NCBI RefSeq assembly: GCF_018350175.1
Contig: NC_058382.1
Span: 10,912,001-10,976,000 of the forward strand
DNA from: Felis catus
Lineage: Eukaryota
Direction: 5' to 3'
Length of the DNA: 64,000 nt
In this document: positions 57,827-64,000 of the stretch, in pieces
Layout of the letters: each line of letters begins with the position of its first letter
Position numbering within the stretch: position 1 is the stretch's first letter
Made by a program: the position numbers and the translations under genes
The notes under the pieces: model-generated
Told to the model about the DNA's origin: nothing
Seen by the model: the letters and a program-made list of their open reading frames with translations, nothing else
Database searches by the model: none

Positions 57827-59381
57827 GCTGAAATATAAAAATTCCCCATCTCCCATTATTTAAACTATTGCCATCGCTTCTCTACCCCCCCCCCAAAAAA
57901 AAAAAGCTGTGAAGCCCTTTGCCTCGCTCTTGACAGCGTGGGGGGCCGGTGGGCAGGGACTGTGGGTTTGAATTTCCGGATTGTTTTTCCTTCCATTCTG
58001 GGTACTTGTTCAGGCATTGGGGTCTCTCCAGCCCCAGCCACGTGAGTTTCTTTAGAATCCTTTGGTCACCTGAGACCTTGATTTTTCAGGCAGTTTGGTC
58101 TGGGGTATTCTCGTTTGTTCTGTTTGGGGTTTTTTGTGTTTTTTTTTTTTTTTTTTTTTTTTTGGTTTTGGATTTTCATCCTTGTGGTTCTGGAAGCTTC
58201 TGGTGTGTGGCATCTGACCAGTTTTGAATTGGTCCTTTCTATAAAATCAATATTTATAAGGCTGGGCCCGGACTGGTTTGTGTGTTGTTTAGGGAGGGGG
58301 GTTGGAGAGAGGAGGGAGCCCTGGGCCACTGCATGGTGAGCTGGAAAAGACTGAGAAAAGAATCGTCAGCCAAGTCCCTTAGCTTGAGATTGTTTTTGAC
58401 TCTCCTTCGTCTGTGTCCATTTGGATTCAAAAATCTCAACGTTATTAGTAGCCTAGACAAGATAGTTTTTATTTCTTTAGAGATCCAGGATGGGCAGGTA
58501 CGGTGGCCCTGAAGTCATCGGGAACCCAGGCTGCTTCCGGCTCACTATTCTTTGGCTGTGGCCCCCATCCTCATGGTCTAAGATGGCTGCTAGAACTCCA
58601 GCCATCGTTATTTTGCAGGAAGAGAAGACTCCTTCCTCCCAGAACTACTGCACCATACAACATTTCGTTAGTCACAGCTTAAGCCACATGGAAGGGCTGC
58701 AAGGGAGACTGGGAAATGTTGTGCCTTAGCTGGTACATCATGCCCAACAACAAAAAAAAACTATTTTACTAAAGACTCCTGTGTTTCCCATAATTGAAGC
58801 TTTAAAATCCTCACTTACTAAATAAGAAGAGGAATTAAGTCATTGAAACAATTCAAGTATAAAGGAAGAGAGAAGAATGGATATTGAGAGCCAATTAACA
58901 GTCTCTGACATTCTCATCAGGGTATAAAAATGACCAGAGAGACTAGGATACATCACGGTCGTTATTTAATACTTAGATTTTGGAATCAAAGAGAGCTGGG
59001 TTTGAGTCTCGGCTTGGCTTTGTGGGCCAGTTTTCTGGAGGGAGAAACCACATTATTTGGATTCTTCTGCTGAAAAGAGGTAGTTAAAAAATCGTAAAAG
59101 CATCAAATAGCCAATATAATACAGTTAAAGGACACATCACGCCAGAAATTTAAGGGAAAGGTACATGGGGCATGGAAGCTACTTTTGCTCTGAGGGCATT
59201 TGCTTATGCCAACAAACTTGAGTTTCCTATTTGTAATCTTGTAGGGACAAGCAGACAGAAGTCAAGGCCAAGCCTGCCCAAGGTGGGAAATCTCACAGGA
59301 GCTGGGATCCCACCAAACTACAAGCTCCAGTAAGGATGACCCAGAAGACTGCAGAGAAGATGTTCTAAACACTGAGGGGAG

Positions 59382-59550
59382 GGGCGCCTGGGTGGCTCTG
59401 TCAGTGAAGCACCCGACTTTGGCTCAGGTCATGACCTCACGGTTCGTGAGTTCAAGCCCCGTGTTAGGCTCTGTGCTGACAGCTCAGAGCCTGGAACCTG
59501 TTTGAGATTCTGTGTCTCTCTCTCTCAAAAATAAACATTAAAAAAAATTT
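59382..59550 (+). mobile_element. SINEC_Fc
   Basis: SINEC body; TSD aacactgagggg. Confidence 0.88.
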
Positions 59551-60138
59551 TTTTTTTTAAATAACACTGAGGGGAGCACAAGACCAAAGGAGAGAAAAAA
59601 GTGGACCCCAAGAATTCATGGACACAGGCTGGCCCTTGGCTCAGGTTTGTGGCCCAGGTTTGTATCATCTGTGTTGCAGGGTACTTCTTAGCTGAGACGT
59701 CTGGCAGAAACAAACATAAATCCTCTGGGGTAAGGAACTGTCATCTAGAATGCCCGCAAGTGATTTTTCAGACAATGACTAGTAGACGGTCACAGACAAC
59801 AGCAGAAGCAGACTCACAAAGGCTTCACAGGGTGAACCGGTCAGGCACAGGTTAGAATACAGGTATCCCCCCCCCTTCCCGAAAGTTCAAGTTAATTCGC
59901 CTCGCCTTTACACAAGACCTACATTAGTACAGTAACGGCTCTTTTCATAAAAGTGAAAATCTTCAGATCTCTTTCCTTTAGTGAAAATAGGTACCAGTGT
60001 AGGTCTTTTTGTAAAAGTGGTGGGACATGAACTTTTGGAAAGCAGGGGATACTCTTTGTGGCTTATAGGTTTCATAGGATTGCTCTATACAAGAGCTTGG
60101 AAATCTGGGGGGTGGGGAGTGGGCGGAAAGAAGCCACA

Positions 60139-60545
60139 GGAGCGCCTGGGTGGCTTAGTTGGTTAAGCGTCCAACTAAGCTCATGTCCCGATCTCACGGC
60201 TAGTGAGTTCGAGCCCCACACTGGGCTCTGTGTTGACAGCTCACAGCCTGGAGCCTGCTTCGGATTCTGTGTCTCCCTCTCTCTCTGCCCCTCCTCCACT
60301 CATGTGTATGCGTGCTCTCTCTCTCTCTCTCAAAAATAAACATTTTTAAAAAGGGGGGGTGGGGGAGAAGGGAAAATGGGTGATGGGCATTGAGGAGGGC
60401 ACTTGCTGGGATGAGCACTGGGTGTTGTATGTAAGCGATGAACCACAGGAATCTACCCCAAAAACCAAGAGCACGCTTTACACACTGTATGTTAGCCAAT
60501 TTGACAACAGATTATATTAGTAACAATAACAGGAAAAAAAAAAAA
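60139..60545 (+). mobile_element. SINEC_Fc followed directly by a carnivore L1 3'-UTR end (~60355-60545)
   Basis: SINE body, then gggtgatgggcattgaggagggcac...gatgagcactgggtgttgtatg, then A tail. Confidence 0.8.
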
Positions 60546-60559
60546 GAGCCACAGACTCA

Positions 60560-60880
60560 ATAACCCAAAGTAAAAACTCAATGGCTGGGCTAAACAGCAC
60601 ATAAGACATGACTGAAAAAAGATTTGTTGAACTAGAGCTAGGTCTGAAAGTAGCACAGAGACAAAAAAGAGACACACACAAAAATATGAAAGAATGTCAT
60701 GGAAAATACAATGTCTAACATATTCAGTTGACCTTCTAGAATCAGAAGAGACAATGGTACAAAGATAATATTTAAAGACAGGATGGTTGGCGAATCCTAG
60801 ACTGATGAATGACACCAACAAGCCCAAATAATTATAAGCAGAGCGAATTAAAAAAAAAGTGCCCCTAGACACGTTGCGTG
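60560..60880 (+). mobile_element. Old L1 ORF1 remnant
   Basis: A-rich aaaactcaatggctgggctaaacagc...gaactagag resembles the L1M ORF1 coiled-coil region. Confidence 0.55.
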
Positions 60881-63084
60881 AAAGTGTCCGGCTACATGAA
60901 CTATAGCCATTGATTTCTCTGAAGCTGTTTGTTCAAGTGCAAAATGAGAATACTGACCCTTCTTTGAAAGATCGATGTGTGAGTCATCGGCACCTGGATT
61001 GCTCAACAGGTGTACTTCAGATAAACCTAGCGGCCCCTCCAGAGTTGTAAAACCAGAAAGCCCCTAGTTTGGGGGACAAGTGGGAGCTGCGGAAGACACC
61101 TGGCCAAGCATCAGCAGCCTCATCTGTGAAATGGGGCTAAGGATCCCTGTCCCCAATTCAGGGGTGAAATGTGCATCAGGCCTCCCTGCCCGGTGCCTGG
61201 TACTCAGTACACCCCACTGGGAGGTCTTGCAGGAGACGTAGAGAGCCCGGGGTGTGTAACTGAACACACGGCTCCCCATCTCTAACACCGAGGTGATGGT
61301 CTCCCCTCCCTTGGGGATGGCAGTGACGCTAAGGGGAGATGAAACCCTCTCGAGTGCTTGGCACTGTGGGTAACACACAAGAAATGAACAAACAGGAGCC
61401 GTGCCTGTGGCTTGAGATCCAGGCCACCCTGGCTGTTGATAGAAGACACAGAACTTCCATTTCTAAACTCGACTAGTGCCATGTCCACCTGTAAGAGGCC
61501 ACCAGTGTCCCCCCCAACCCCGCTCTAACTTGCAGTTAATTATGCGGCAGGAGGAGCTACTTTTTGTCAACCATCTGTTGGGCCGGCACAGGTGATTTCT
61601 GGGAGATGAGACATGGGGTTAAGAGTGCAGTCGTGGGTGAGAACGTGGGCTCTGTAAACAACGGGGTATCAGTCTCAGCCCTAGCCACTTCCTTTGCAAA
61701 ATGAGAACCGAAATTGTACCTACCTCAGGACTTGGGCGGGGACTCCATGAGCCAATCTGTGTCAAGTGCTCATGGCGCCTGGCACACAGCAGGTGCCAGA
61801 TGAAGATCAGCTACTGTGGAAAACCACGAACGAGGACCTATTTCTCCTCTCTCATTTGATATCCTGGGTTTCAGCCTGTGAGTTTTCTGGAGTCTTCTCC
61901 AGCCCCGCGCTGGCTCGGAAGGCCAGTGCTCACCTTCACTACGTAACTGCCTGCCGGGACTCCATCAAAGTCACAAAACCAGCAGGCACAGAGCCCGGCA
62001 GAGGAACGCACCTTAAGGACAGTGTGTCTCCCCCAGCTTTATGGGGGATGGGAAGGCTTCCTTGGGTGCTCATTGCAAAGTCCCAGCCCCTCTCTGGAGT
62101 TCTGATTCAGCAAGTTTGGGTGGTGGTTGTGGGGCGGGGGGGGGGGGGGACGGGAGGAGCCTGGGATTCTGAATTTTTTAATAAGCACTCCAGTTGAGCA
62201 TGAATATTAGGTAGGGTTGGGAAATACGTCCTCCCTTGGAGTTGCAGTGACCCCCACCTTCTCACACTCCCACACCCACAACAGAAAGACAAAGGATGGT
62301 TTGGTAGACCTGGTGGGCAGTGAATCGAGGTCCGTCTTATTCCCTCCACGGACACACTCAAACTTGTCAAAACCGAGTGTTTCCCAATGTGACTTCTGAG
62401 GTACCCTAGTTCCACGAGCCTTGCAATTAAGGGGTTCCACGCTGAAATAGTTTGGGGGAAACAACACTGCACTCTGTCTTACTCTTGCAAATGTCACGTT
62501 GTGCAATGAAGAAACTCCTTTAATGTCTCATCCCGCGTCTCTGATCCCCCTTTCTCATGCAACACCTAGTCATGCTAATTCTGCAGAATACGTTCCCCAG
62601 AAACACTGGTTTATTGCCCTTGGGTCTGGCAGACTCCAGTCCCCAAATATCGGCTTCTGTCTCCTCTGTTCCTGTTTACAAGCACGTCCCCTGTCGACCC
62701 CCCATGGCAATCCACTGACATCGTAAGAACATAAGCCACGGAGGATTCATTTGGTGGGGTGGTGCTGCTGGTCCAGATGCCTGGCCAAGGTCTGCTGACT
62801 CCAACCAAACAGCATGTGGTGCCTGTGAACCTTCAAACCAAGTGCTTCAGGACAGGGTCCGAGCTCTCATGCCTTTGGCTCTCGCCCCCACAGTGGCCTC
62901 GTCCCTTCCGTGTCTTTGAAGAGTGACAGCTTGAGACCATCAAAGGAAAGAGGATCTTCCGATCCTGGCATAAATAGAGCGGAAGAAAGGATCAGGCAGC
63001 CTGGCTTGAGCTCTGTTGGCTCCGGGTGCCCTTGGGACGTCCCAGCTGGACCCTTCTCCTTCAGAGTCCGCCAAGGGGGGGCTA

Positions 63085-63303
<219 letters not shown>

Positions 63304-63556
63304 TCACCCCCCCCCCCCCCCAGAAGATACTGAGTCCTGGCCCTTGAAGAACCCTGAACGACGATTTTATGCACGTGAGGGCAACGTGTTCGTTTGAAAA
63401 AACACATCTGGTGTATCTATTGTTCTCAGACACACATTAGAGAAACTGAATAGTTAATGGATTAGGCAAAGACCAGAAGAAGGGAAAGAGGGCCTTTGAG
63501 TTTCCTTACCAGGTAGACTATTAGGCTGTTTTTCTGTTCTTTAAAAAAAAAATTTT

Positions 63557-64000
63557 GGGGCGCCTGGGTGGCGCAGTCGGTTAAGCGTCCAACTTCAGCC
63601 AGGTCACGATCTTGCGGTCCGTGAGTTCAAGCCCCGCGTCAGGCTCTGGGCTGATGGCTCAGAGCCTGGAGCCTGTTTCCGATTCTGTGTCTCCCTCTCT
63701 CTCTGACCCTCCCCCATTCATGCTCTGTCTCTCTCTGTCCCAAAAATAAATAAAAACATTGGAAAAAAAAAAATTAAAAAAAAAATTTTGTTTAAAGCAA
63801 TCTCTAGGCACGCCTGGGTGGCTCAGTCGGTTAAGCATCTGACTTCGGCCTGGGTCACAATCTTGAGGTTCGTGGGTTTGAGCCCCACATCGGGCTCTGT
63901 GCTGATGGCTCAGAGCCTGGAGCCTGCTTTGGATTCTGTATCTCTCTCTCTTTCTCTGCCCCTCCCTCGCTCACGTTTTGTCTCTGTCTCTCTCTCAAAA
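63557..64000 (+). mobile_element. Two SINEC_Fc elements (second truncated by the window end)
   Basis: Heads at ~63557 and ~63807. Confidence 0.9.

Overview
Mammalian genomic DNA. The abundant SINEC_Fc-type CAN-SINEs indicate a felid (cat family). This is the ortholog of the human myotonic dystrophy type 1 (DM1) locus: the 3' part of DMWD (+), complete DMPK (+, 15 coding exons, 635 aa), SIX5 (+, 3 exons, 743 aa), MEIOSIN/BHMG1 (-, 13 coding exons reconstructed by hand, 591 aa) and FBXO46 (+, one coding exon, 603 aa, F-box hidden by an N gap). There are two assembly gaps (4590-4812, 56768-56939) and many SINE, MIR, DNA-transposon and L1 remnants. I found no prokaryote-type system and no clearly new gene. 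The most interesting observations are lineage-level: a different MEIOSIN N-terminal exon structure, a diverged duplicate of its acceptor+ATG, a GC-AG intron and a GCG expansion in DMPK, an interrupted CTG repeat, a MIR-derived DMWD exon, a split uORF and second promoter for FBXO46, and mirrored poly(A) signals at the SIX5/MEIOSIN junction. Comparisons with human sequences rely on my recollection and need alignment to confirm.
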